DNA from: Perkinsus chesapeaki ATCC PRA-425
Lineage: Eukaryota; Protista; Perkinsozoa
NCBI GenBank assembly: GCA_013115145.1
Contig: JAAPAO010000021.1
Span: forward strand, 1-64,000
Direction: 5' to 3'
Length of the DNA stretch: 64,000 bases
Shown: positions 11,374 through 23,600 of the stretch, piece by piece
Layout of the letters: the number at the start of each line of letters is the position of its first letter
How positions within the stretch are numbered: position 1 is the stretch's first letter
Notes under the pieces: generated by a model
What the model saw: the letters and a program-made list of their open reading frames with translations, nothing else
The model's database searches: none
Told to the model about the DNA's origin: nothing
Translations under genes and position numbers: made by a program

Positions 11374-14300
11374 ATGACGAGTTCTACTTGCTCATCGGCT
11401 TCCAGCTCGGCAGCATCGCTGCATTACTCGCCCTTAAACTCATCATCACGAACCCTCATTCATTTGAGACAAGAAGCTCTTACATTGCTCCATCGCCAGA
11501 ACCAATCGTAACAATAAAGTATCTTAATTGTAACGGATCGGTAACAGTTACTTGGCGACGCAGCCTACTATCTCTGTATGTACTTCTCAACTCATTGCTG
11601 ACATGGTCGGCAAGCCTGAACTGTGGCCCATGCAAGCAGACGTACACCTAAGAGCAAAAGTTCCTGTAGCTGCAGCGAGTCTATCATAGGTCCTAGCTCG
11701 CAGACTATTCGGTTGCACTGAAGACCTTGACAATCCTATACTGGACTATTCCATGCATCTCTATTTACTGGCGCAGTGCCCTTTGAGGTGCGCAAAACCA
11801 CAGTATAGATCTCACAGTTCTTCTCGAGTGTTAGGTTGGCCTTGGTAACCACCTCGGTGCGCAGCGCTTCGACACGACTTGAGTTGTCGCGTCTGAGTGA
11901 GAACCCACAATACAGAGTAGCGCTCCTGGGGATGAAAGCTGTGAGTTAGAGTTGCATTTCGCTGAGCACTGCACACATAGGCTCTCGAGATTCTCAACGA
12001 GGATCCTACCGCGAAGTGGCAAGTGTACGAACCACAGACAGGATACATCTGTTTTAAGCTTATTCGTGCAGTTCCAGTGATACCATCGGTGAGCTTGATG
12101 ACTTGCTGGAGAGCTGCCTAGTACCGAGCGAGGCCGGCATACTTGACGATGAAACGGCTGCCGGGAAATACAGGACCGAGACACTAGCGAGTGTTCTAGA
12201 AATGGTGGCTGCGGTCTCGCCAAGGATGGTCACTGATGCAGAGGAGTTTGGCGACTACTTTGTTGAGGATTGGGTACTTTGATACAGTCCAACGCTACTC
12301 GCGCTCTAGCTTAGGCCCGCTCAAAAATACACAAGCTTCTTATTCGCAGCGATCAATTCGGTTCTAGCCAGTGTGGCGTACTCGCCAACTTCCTGCGACG
12401 ATGCTCAGCGACAGACCCGGCCGCTCGAGGAAAGCTTATCGACAATATTGTGAGGCGGTTCGCACTCGTCAAGTTTGGCGGCAGCTGTTGCGGCTTAGGC
12501 TAGTCGAGTGATTACAGCTCTCCGCGGTACAAAGGCAGCAAAGATCATCTCACGAAGTCTCGTTCAAAATCCAGATTCAGCTGTGGACTTCAAGCTCATC
12601 TCGCGGTTGGAAGGTTCCCATTGCACTCTCAGCGCCGATATAGTGCAACTCATTGTACGCACCTGCTCTTATGCTAAATGGGTATGTTCGCTCGTTAATT
12701 GCCCTCACATATGAGCTCAGAGGAAGGAGGCGTGGGATGGCTGTCACTTGGTTTCGAAAGAGATTATATATTTATGCCGGCGGAGCGCTGTTTATGATCC
12801 TGATGCTTCAGTCAGGTAGGATCAGCTGCCATTGCCAACATGTCACCACTTCATCACATTATAGCTTATCTTCAGAATCGCAGCGCTTCGTTATTTAAGT
12901 ACTATAGATAAAGCTGCTGTTGCCGAGGCCCTTCGCGATACCAATGCCGAGGTTAGAAAAGCGGCCTTTGCCATAGTCGGGTAGTATCGCGCTGATAGAT
13001 GTCTCCATGCATACGTACCTGTTTGGCCAGACCGCAAGCGTTGGAAGTTTGCACAACCCCGCACTTAGTGATCCTCGCTCTCACTCAAGAAGGGGATGAG
13101 ATGACCGATAAAGTGAGAAAGCCCTGCATTACATCGGTAACGGGCTCGGTGACAGGTCAAGGAAGAGTTTCGCAAACGAGTAGGCGAGGACGCAGGGGCA
13201 GTGATCCGGTAGGGATATTTGAGGATTGTCAATAATGTCGTCATTTGACAGGGACATCCATTCGGTTTTCACCGTCAAGAGCGAAGTGCTGTTGCACGTA
13301 TTGAGTGAAAGCATCCCGGTACACCGATGTTGTTGGCTTCCTTGCCAACGGCGCTATTCTTCCTGTTTGTTATGCTCAGAATCTTCCTACTCGTCTGCCA
13401 CAACACCCACCTGGCTCTCCCCACTGTTCTGGAGGGAATGCTCAGCGTTCAGCTGGGCACAAACGGAAGGTCTGCTAGCAGTACTGGGAGTTGCTCTGAG
13501 GCCGAGTCTACTGTAGGCTCTCACTTCACGGAGAGTGTGGGATGGAATAGTGGAACAAGCTACGCCGATGAGGTCGCAAAGAGTCGAGGATCCAATCGAG
13601 GTAACATCACCTTTGGCAATTCGGTGTGCGGATACTTCTCAGGAGCCGACTCAACTCGTAGAGGGAAGCGAACAGATATCGCTACAGATATCCTCGTGTG
13701 GCAGCTCGGCCCGCAATGTGGCAGCTTTCTGTTCAAATTTATCAGAAGATGATTTAAATTCTCTAGCATGGTGGTGAAGCCCCGTAGTGTATTCCTGACA
13801 AGATCTCGTGTTGATAGTAGTCAGTATAAGATAGCATTTCTGATATGAGATGGGAGTACACTTGTCACTGCAATAACTCGAAAGCTTAGAGTCAAAACAT
13901 ACGGAGCCAAATGACCCATTGGTCGATCCAGTCTCGACATGATGATGTCATCAGGTTGCATGCATACATGATACTTTTACACCTGTCCGTGATCTGACAG
14001 CTTCCGTTCGATGCTTTGAAGTAGTTCAGTTAACGATTCTCGGCTCTCCAACCTTCGCTCGGACGACAAAAGACCCTCGGCGATCAATTTGGCCCTGAGA
14101 GGAAATATCGTACTTTACCAAGCTCGATCGAAAGCAACTTTACTTCGACAAAATGGATAGGGCATCTTCACCATCGCCTATCGCCATCAACACCGATCCA
14201 AGCGCGTTGAGTGTCCTGCACACGGGTATACTATAATGTCCATGGAGCTTTCTTTCAACTTCCTGCGAGAGGAAGTCGTTCAGCTCCAGCAACTGCGGTT

Positions 14301-16104
14301 CCTACTAGGATTTCGGATAGATGATACCGGGCATTCACGAAATCTTCAGACTTTACAGCACGCAGCGCCAAATCCCGTGTAATGTCCACAACACGTCTGT
14401 CCGTCGCCACATAGTTCTTGACAGCGAGCTCACGTGCTTTAATTAGCATCTATCGTGTAGAAGGCCGACACAGATACTCGTAAGGGGAGTGAACCTCGGT
14501 GGTTGTCGCATCCGTGCCTGAGTCCTCTGACGTTGAGGTCCAGTGAGAGAGGCGGAGTATGTTGTCGATAATGAACGAAGGTTCGACATCCGATGCCTGA
14601 CGATTGCTGTGCCAGCTTAGGGTCAATAATTCACCTCCCAATCGATAGTCCTCAATATCATTGTCATAATCTGCACTGCTTCCTCTCGAAATCCTAAAGA
14701 AGGCATTGATTCGAATACTCTTACCAGCTGACAAATGGTAACGCTACCAGCAGCCATCTTTGTCTGAGCAACTCCGAGTGAAATCTCCAAGGCTGGCTTG
14801 GAATGAGTACCTGGCAAGGATGCTAGACAATACGATGGGCATGCTTTTATACCGAATCTCTCTGCGCGTATGGTCTCTGCCAGCTGGTAATGTTCTAGGG
14901 CCAGATCAAGGCTTTCTACATCAAGACCTAAGCTCCCGCCGGAGCTATCCAGAGCGGCGTTGAAGGGAAGCTACCGTCTTCCTGGGGGTTTTGCATTTTT
15001 AGTGTACAAGTCTTTGCAATCAACTCGTGGATCCGCGCACATCGAAGGTCTCTATCGCTGTATCCACGCCGGATCTGATTAAGGCTCGCGTTGAGTATGT
15101 CGAGAACCTTAACATCTAATGAACATGCCAGTCTGTCACCGTTATTGCTACGCACTTCTTCGAACGTGCCTGCTGCTGGGTTGTCACAACTGCCGATGGC
15201 TTCAGTACGTTGTTGGTTCATTATCAATGCTTGGTAGCAGCTGAGGGGAGAGAGTAAACACCGCCCCATGCTGAATATGAGATACGCGAATCCTTGACAC
15301 CCGGCAATATCTGCCTGTAGTCTTTCCTGGAGAGCCTCGACAACAGCGATATCTCCGTCAGACTCCTGCGTGAGGAGCTCGGCACAATCCTCGCCCTTCC
15401 CGTTTCCTCACAATGAAAGCTGGTATGTCGACCTCTGTGATTCTTGTGGCAGATCTCAAGTGTTTTGAACATTGCTCAAGATAGAAGCCACATGCATACG
15501 CCTGACAGTAGCAGATGATATGGGGCACCCGATAGGTAAGAAGTACCTCGGCCAGCGCGATCGTGGCCGAAGCGAGTCTTGTCAAAGCTACTATTGATGA
15601 CAACCCAGGCATAGCTTCCCCTCTAGAGGAGTGCCTGTTCTTAAGACCCATATGCTGTGCTAGCAGCACCTAACATGGCGACGGTCTATTCCGTACGTTA
15701 TTAGTTGGATACTTCACCTTCTCATATGCGAGCTTTTGCATTCGGCATTCAATAATTTCATCGTGAAGCCTTGCGCTGCGTTCACTCCACGGGGATTCCG
15801 TACCACTGAGACCGAGTCAGGTAAAACTAGGCAACTTCCTCACTCTCTTTCAACCTCAGCAGAGAGCTGTTGTATTTTGTCATCAAGTGCTGCAATGGCC
15901 TCTATTGGTGCACATGTTGAAAGATCAGCCTCGCGGCCAAACTGGCCACCGGTTAACTGACCAGGATCGGACAACGTCTGCGATGAACTAATTCCTTCAT
16001 ATGGTTAGTAACCTCAGTTTCGACATTCGATGGTTCCGTATCCATATGAGTTCGCCCTGCTGTCGCGATCTTGCCAATTACTGAAACGCCTTTTCTGTGA
16101 ACTT
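11374..16104 (+). CDS. HEAT-repeat protein, probably condensin subunit G (CAP-G/Ycg1); boundaries uncertain
   Basis: Spliced exons near 12.8-13.1 kb give YDPDASVRIAALRYL...EALRDTNAEVRKAAFAIV and VILALTQEGDEMTDKVRK, matching the CAP-G pattern D...EVRRA.L...R..DV...VRK.AY...LL.QGL.D....V. Remaining exons were only partly traced. Confidence 0.45.
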
Positions 16105-16380
16105 TGAACTCAAAACACCCTCTCATGATTAATACTCTCACTCCGCTGGCGCAATCGATACAAAGAAGATAGACGGGCGTTTCTTGTGTAAGGATGGGTA
16201 GAGTGATTCACTGACACGAGCGCGCCACTAGTCACTTCATGAATGACGTATGTTCTTTAAGGCTGTACAAGCCGTTCGGGATACCCAGTTGCAGACAAAT
16301 ATTGCCGACATTGAGTCATCATCGCTTTGCAAATGTCGGCTGCATCTGCTTCGGGATATCTTCGGAGTTTTGAGCTCTAT

Positions 16381-16453
16381 GGAGCCTACTGTAGGGGTGC
16401 CTACTGTAGGCTGTTTTTGGGGTGTAGTTTACACCCCAAAAATTGTAGGCTCC
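16381..16453. repeat. Nested inverted repeat: 13-bp perfect hairpin inside 9-bp outer inverted repeat, with a direct repeat
   Basis: tttttggggtgta (16414-16426), loop gtt, tacaccccaaaaa (16430-16442). Outer ggagcctac (16381-16389) / gtaggctcc (16445-16453). cctactgtagg occurs twice (16385, 16400). Confidence 0.85.
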
Positions 16454-17381
16454 TGTGTACTAGTATAGGTCTCAAGAGGTTTCGTGATAACAGGTTGCGT
16501 CGCGGAATTGACCGGTACGCTAGATAACTACCTGCTTGTCACCTGTGAGAGATATTCTTGAGGTTTCGAGATCCAATTCCGGGTACTATAGGTCTCCTAT
16601 ACTGGCGTCTACCACCCAAACATGTATATACCCTCTGTTCATTAAATCAGTTCTGGGATTCAGAGTCGATTCTAGCATCGCACTTTACGTGTGATAAGCG
16701 GTTCCGGAATCGAATCTGAATCTCAAAATACGACCAACACTCATTAACAATGTGAGGAGGACGAAACGGATCGTAGAAAACAGCGCTCGCCCGATTAATA
16801 GAAATTTGTACTTTTGAGTCGGAAGTGCTGACGGCTTGTTGACCGCTCCTGACGAGCGGGCGGTACAATACGCGTTACTGAGTAACATCTTCGCAGAAGC
16901 AATCAAAAGTTTTACATTTGTTGCGTTTTGGCCTTCATTGCGCTGCCTTTTCTTCGCGTGGCCTCCAGGGTCGGAGTTCGCGTAACCAAAAAATTCCAGG
17001 AATCTTCATGGATAAGATGAAGTGGTCAACATTCATTACAGTTAGCGTAAAACCCGCACAGGAATGAGTCAGCCCCTGCTTCGGAATACGACCTTTAGGA
17101 TATGTCTTTGAATACCTGCAAACAACGTTTACAACAGTGGTCGCTTTAGTCTAGCCTATCGCCATATCTCTGTGCTGCTTGGAGCGCTAGTGGTTTAGTA
17201 GGAGAGGATCACAGCCGCGCCACATGGAGCTATCTTTCCAGCCCTCTTAAGATTTTTTCGAGGTCGGTAGTCTGTATGAAACCGTAAGATACCTTTTTTT
17301 ATCAACTTACGGTCCTCAAACTGTTCATGTTAAATTAAAACATTCCTGTTGCGTAGATTTCCTTATTTTGTGTTCTACGTG

Positions 17382-20081
17382 ATGCTTTACAGTTGTGCTC
17401 GCCAAACGGCTTTTAAGCTCGGTGCCACTCAACTGGCCAGGGCCAGCCTACGGGTCGCAGCCGTCCGTAACTTCTCTGTACTATCCCGACTGAACGGGTT
17501 TCATCCTTCCAAGAGAGCCTCTCCCCTGGTTGATTCTGCTACCGTTGCTGGCCAGCAAACCAAGCTCGAGAAAGATTTCTCTACCTATGGTATCGAGCCG
17601 TCATCCCAGAGGTCAATATTGAGGAATGTTACATCAGGAACACTGTACGGTATAGGTTGCCGTCGATGATGTTGGAATGCTTCCGGTCAGATATGAAAGC
17701 GCACTTCGTCACGAATCAGGAACCATGATCACAAGTTGTGGCGCTCTTGCGGTTTCTAGTGGAGCCAAGACTGGCCGGAGTCCAAGTAAGTGGATAGAGC
17801 GCAGGTTCGAATCCCAGCGACTGCCGTTTATTAGGTGATAAAAGGATCGTAGACAATCCTAGTGAGGAGTATAATGATGATATATGGTGGGGCAAGATCA
17901 ATCATAAGCTCAGCCCCGAGAGCTTCCAGGAACTTAAAGCAGAGTAAGGGCCCACTTCATTCCCAATCGATCAGTGATGCCGTGTTCCTCAGCGCCATCA
18001 ACTTCCTTAAGTCCCGAGATGAACTATTTGTAGTGGATGCCTATGCAGGGTGGGACCCTGAGTACCGAATTAAGGTAACCAGTATGAGACTGCTTTCTAC
18101 GAGGCCATCACCACCACGGTCACTATGTAGGTCCGAGTGATAGCTAGCAGAGCCTATCATGCCTTGTTCATGGAGAATATGCTGGTGATGCCTCCCCAAG
18201 AGGAACTGGAGGGCTTCGAACCAGATTTTGTCATATTCAACGCCGGCCAATGCAAGGCTAATCGGTAAGCGTATTGATAAGCTGGATGGTGATTCAGTGG
18301 AGGCACTTGTGGTTCCAGGAACATCAAGGGGCTCACTTCTGATACGTCCGTATCAATTAATTTCAAGACCAATGAGATGGTCATTATGGGCACCGAGTAG
18401 GCAGCTACTTGTAGTGGAGTTTCACTGGACGATTTGTGAAATAGGTACGCTGGTGAGATGAAGAAGGGTATCCTTACGTTGATGATGCAAGCTATGCCGC
18501 ACAAGTTCGGTCAGCTACCACTTCACTCTAGTTGCAACATCCAGGTAAAGCCTCGGCGGCCTCCTGGTGGGAACGTTCGCCACGGTACTGTCTCTTTTTC
18601 AGAAGGATCCGGCTACGGGACAGCCAACTAACTGTACTTTATTCTTTGGACTTTCGGGCACCGGCAAGACAACTTTGTCTGCTGATCCCGCTCGATATCT
18701 GGTTGGTGATGACGAACATGTATGGACCGATAGCGGCGTATTCAACGTTGAAGGTGGCTGCTACGCCAAGGCTATCGGCCTAACCAGGGAGACGGAGCCG
18801 GAGATTTATAATGCGATCCGCTTTGGAACGGTACTATGGATGAGATACAGGGGCTATCGGCATTGCGGCAGCGGGGTTCAGGTACTTGAAAATGTTAAAG
18901 TCGATCCTCGAACGCGTGAAGTTGATTTCAATGATACGTCTATCACCGAGAACACTCGGTGTAGCTATCCTTTGAATTACATCGAGAATTCGTATATACC
19001 TGCTGAGGTAGTATTAGCAGTAGCCTACCCGCCGGAGGAGGAGCATTGTCAAGGTTTATTATTGGTAGGTTAACATTCATCCATCCAATGTTATCCTTCT
19101 CACATGTGATGCCTTTGGTGTCTTACCACCGGTTAGTGTCCTAACTCCTGAGCAAGTCCAGTACTACTTCGTGTCCGGGTACACGGCCAAAGTTGCTGGT
19201 AGGCTAGTAGTCCAACAGTTGGTGTGATAGAGTGGCGTATTAGGTACAGAGGATGGCATCACTGAGCCGGTAGCGACCTTCTCTTCATGCTTTGGTGCAC
19301 CATTCTTGGTTTGGCATCCTACGGTATATGCCGAGATGCTGGCTCACAAGCTGGAGAAGCATCACTGTAAGCAGCACGCCAAGGAGGAGATATTGGCATT
19401 TAGTCGGCCTTGCCACAGGCTCAGCATTCCTTTTGAACACGGGCTGGACTGGAGGCAGCTACACCAATGGTGGCAGTCGAATTAAGTTAGAGTAGGTCGA
19501 TAAGGGCTCATCGTTGTGGTAGGATAGCCGCTTTGAAGGTATACTCGTAAAATGATCGATGCTATTCACGATGGAACACTTAAGAAGATGGTGGATGCCA
19601 ATGAACTTGCATCTACTCCAATCTTCGGATTGAAGGTGAGCTCCTCTCCTTTTGCCGGGTCACGCTTCAACTTCGGCGGCGGCGGCGGTTTCAGATTCCC
19701 AAGTCCCTGCCTGGTATTCCCAGTGAAGTTTTGGATCCTGCGAATGGCTGGGCAGATCAGGATGCATATCTCGAGCAACTCCGTCGTTTAGCCGGTCTAT
19801 TTAATAAGAACTTTGAAGAATATGCCTCGAAGTGTCCGCCAAAGGTTAAGGCGGCAGGCCCGATGGTGATGCCCGTAGAGAGCAAGAGCGCCGATGATTC
19901 CGAGTTGAAAAATAAGGATATCAAGAAGAGATCGCATTCAATCGTAAGCAGCAGTACTAGCGCAGGAAGTACCGAAGGCGTCGACTCTGCTGCCGCTGGA
20001 GTGAAGGATGAGGTAGTGTGTGTGTGTGGCAGCGAGGTCCGAGTATATGATGCATGTTATTCAGATGTGAGTTATTATTAG
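17382..20081 (+). CDS. pckA: Phosphoenolpyruvate carboxykinase (ATP), multi-exon, with N-terminal extension
   Basis: Motifs [77 protein letters not shown] and LLNTGWTGG. Confidence 0.97.
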
Positions 20082-20119
20082 CCCTATATGATTATACTAA
20101 CAACATTACTCGACACTTT

Positions 20120-20602
20120 TTAAATGGTAAGATCTGTGGTATCCACTGGTAGGGGTAAGGCCTTCTCATTCAGCTCACCACCGAGAGTTCTCTGTGAAAG
20201 CATTGCTGATGACTTCGCAATAATTGGCGCTTACCTCCTCCTTCGCAGCAGTATCTGTACCTAGTATTATCTCATCAGCTATCACAGTGTCGATGCTAAA
20301 TATTACCTCCATCATCGCAGTAGTATCGTCTTGGTCCTATTGTTGGTACTATAAAGTAGCCGGCTTTTGGTAATGTAAATAGATGTAATAATATTATTAC
20401 TACTATCATACTTACTAGCACATACTCGGGAGTCTCCTACTAATTAACTGTTAGCATCGCCGATGACATGTTAACAGTTCAACAGGCTAATGTTCTAGCA
20501 TTGCGGTTGTGTCCCTGTCTTCTTTAACTGCTCTCGGTGCTGCTCCTACTGCTGCTGCTTTCTTCGAATATTAGTCCCATATTTGTAGGGAAGATTGTCC
20601 AT
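20120..20602 (-). CDS. Possible small multi-exon gene absent from the ORF track
   Basis: Three consecutive minus-strand introns (gtaagt..aatag, gtaata..actag, gtaagc..cacag) separate short exons that can be joined in frame to a TAA at 20120-20122. Start codon not resolved. Confidence 0.3.
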
Positions 20603-20697
20603 TATTCTGTGTCGAGTTGAAGTCCACACAATACAAAGGGAGGGTCAGACAGCAGCAGCATCATCGTGGAGGCTTTTCAGCTTTGGGCTTAAGTGTC

Positions 20698-23600
20698 ATG
20701 CGCGTAACGGTGAGGGCAATCGATGCTGGCAACGACACCAGCGGCGGCGCATCCTCTTCCTCCTCGTCTGAGGGTTGTGGTTTAATAACAACGGCTGTGG
20801 ATGCTTTACTGCACCAGGACGGAGCTCACTCTATCGATTTGGCGCTGCCGTGCATTGATATGGCTAATCTAGATGCTCCTGTTGGATTTAGTATAGGGGG
20901 CGAGACAGCAGTACCGCCAGCGATACAGCAGCACTTCAGTCGTGCGGTGTACTACTACTCCTTAAAGCTTGCCCGTCAATTGCCCCGTAGGTACAAGACT
21001 AACGTAGGACTGCATGCCCCTCTGTCACTCTTATGGATGGCGGTGGATGACACGTTATACCTGTGGAACTTCGCAAACGGCTCCCATACCTCACTGAGTA
21101 GTACTGGGCGATGAGGAGGGGTGTGGTGCCAGTCGAGATTTCAGGGCTGGATGGTGTGGTGCTGACCTGCGCTATAGGAGAGCCCCGTCCTGGTGTGTTC
21201 GGAGATGTGGACCATGTAATGGAGATCCTCTGTTGAGTCTGTTAGCGTAGCCTCGGTGGTGCTGTCTCAGATCCTGGCTGTAGTTACCGAGAACACAGCG
21301 TCTATCCTCAGTCTGTCGGTGGACGCTAATGGCGTGCTGTTGATAGATGTATTGGAAGGCAACCAAGGTGGCCGTTACTCGGTAGTTGAGGGAATGCGTA
21401 AAGGGGGATCACTTTGAGTTGTAGGCAACACTGTCGAAGTCTATTGCAACTACTGTGACCAGAGTTACGGTCACCAAGGGCGGGCGGATACTCTTATGGG
21501 GCCCATCGGTCGAGTACGGAGTGTACGAGCTAGTCTATCAGCGCTCACCGGGCTGGGTTACTAGTAGAGCCTATCTCAGTCGGTGAGGAGGGAGCAGGAG
21601 CGGGAGGATGATGGCTTTGTGGGGAGATAGGTCCTCCTCTCGTTAGGCACTCGTTCACACGTAAAGGGATATTCGGGCGAGCGTTGGGCTGGATAATGCC
21701 AGTGCAGCCGAGTGCAGCGTCAACTGGTATGGCTGGGCCGGCTGCTGGGGGGCATGGTCGCCAGGAGGAGATCTTTGCTGTTGGAGGCAGTGATGCTGAC
21801 GACACTTTGATGTACGTTAGTGTTGTTGATAAGGAAGGTAGTAAAGGGAGCTCCAGCGTGTAGGGTGTTAAAGCCTTCTGCTTAGGATGGCTGGGTCTAT
21901 TCTCTATGAATATTGCGTCTAATGGGCCCTGCGAGTCTGAGTGTATCGGTTGGTTGTCTAAGCAAAGTCTTCTGGACTCCTTGAGAGCTGCTGACGATAC
22001 TGCCCGACTGACTGACGGTATTCACTGAGCGGGGCGCTCTGAATAATACGGTTTTTCTATCAGTTTTGATCCACAGCGTCATACCTATGACTGCTGCGGA
22101 TGGATCTCCGCTATGCATGTTATTCACTACTAGAGGAGACAGGCTACTAGTGCACGCCCAACGAGAACATGACACGGTACTGATCGGGTCGCCAGTGGTC
22201 CGGCAGGTCCCTCTTGGCAGGCTCCGTACAGAGTATCTGTGGTATCGGTATCTTCGTCTAATTCCAGCGAGAGTACAGCTTTGGGCTCAGCGATGCCGGC
22301 TGGGAAAAGAAGACGTAGGAGGCCCATGATGACTAAGTTGCTGCATTGGTGCTATCAGGTCGACTGGCGGGTGAAAGGCCAGTTCAGCTTTCCCCAGAGT
22401 CGGACGTTGTATTCTACAATAACGGTCTCACTCTTATAGCTACAGCAAATGATAAATGTGTTCGTATCGGCGCTGTTGGTAGCCTCGATCTGTCCGTGGG
22501 CTGCTGCCTGCTGTTACCCTGCTTGGTTAGGTTTTGCCCCTAAGGCCGAAGCTGATGCTTTAACGTCCGGACCTTACGCTGAATATGTTGCTACTGTTGA
22601 ACTGAGAGGGCAGGTGGGTGCTTCGAGACCAACACTACTGCAGCAGCAGTACCACCCTTTAGGTTCTGGCCCTTGGAGCTGTCTCTGAGGAGGTCGAGTC
22701 CCGTGCCACAGTAGGCCGTCGGGCTACCAGACGATGCTGGATCCTAACCACTATGGGTGTCAGCCCGCTCACTCTCGTAAGCGAACGGAAGCAGACATAG
22801 TCCGACTTAATGGGTTTCTCAGTTTTCGACTTCGGGATACGAGTTCTCGGGTCCGGACGGTCTCACTACAGTGCCCGGTGACTCTGCAGCAGAGGTGGCT
22901 GATTGGTTCCGCGTATTGGCCGAACAGGGCTCACTGAGCTCCGTCTCGGCTCATATGTGGGATTGGTAACTATACGCACAGTTTGGCATGATCGCCTCAC
23001 CCTGCCTCTGTCAGTTCGGACGTCTACGTTGGAGGGTATTCGTCTCAGTGTGAGTACCTCAATAGGACAGGTCGTATAGAGCCGACACATATCGGGCGAT
23101 GGATGAAAGGCTTACTAATGTAGTGTTCCATACCGTATTCGTCATTTTGCCTCTAATATTCGGATAGATACCTGTCGTGCGATCTCTGGCCTATCTGGTC
23201 TCGACCGGTATTGCGGCGGTGCCCAAAGAAGTCCTCCAAGAGCCAGATCGGCCTCGGAGTCAACGTCACCCATACATCTGTATCTGACCTAGAGACACTC
23301 ATCGGCCGCCTCAAAACTGTTGGCAAATTTGTAAGCACTGGCGATCCTTCCTGTTAGCCTGATCGTTGTCTCAGGTGTCCGGGGTTTGCAATCTGCTCGA
23401 GAGGAACAGCGTTGGGTTAGTTGGGACTCAGCACCTACCGGCCTACAAGAGGAGGCACCTGGTTGAAATAGAGACCAATCAGAGGGACCACACTATGGTA
23501 GTTGAGGTCTCCTCAGGCAGCGGTGAGGTTCACCGGCATGCTACGCTCGCTCAGGCTCGGTACACAACTCTGCTGTGTTCCATCCGAGATTCTGTCTCCC

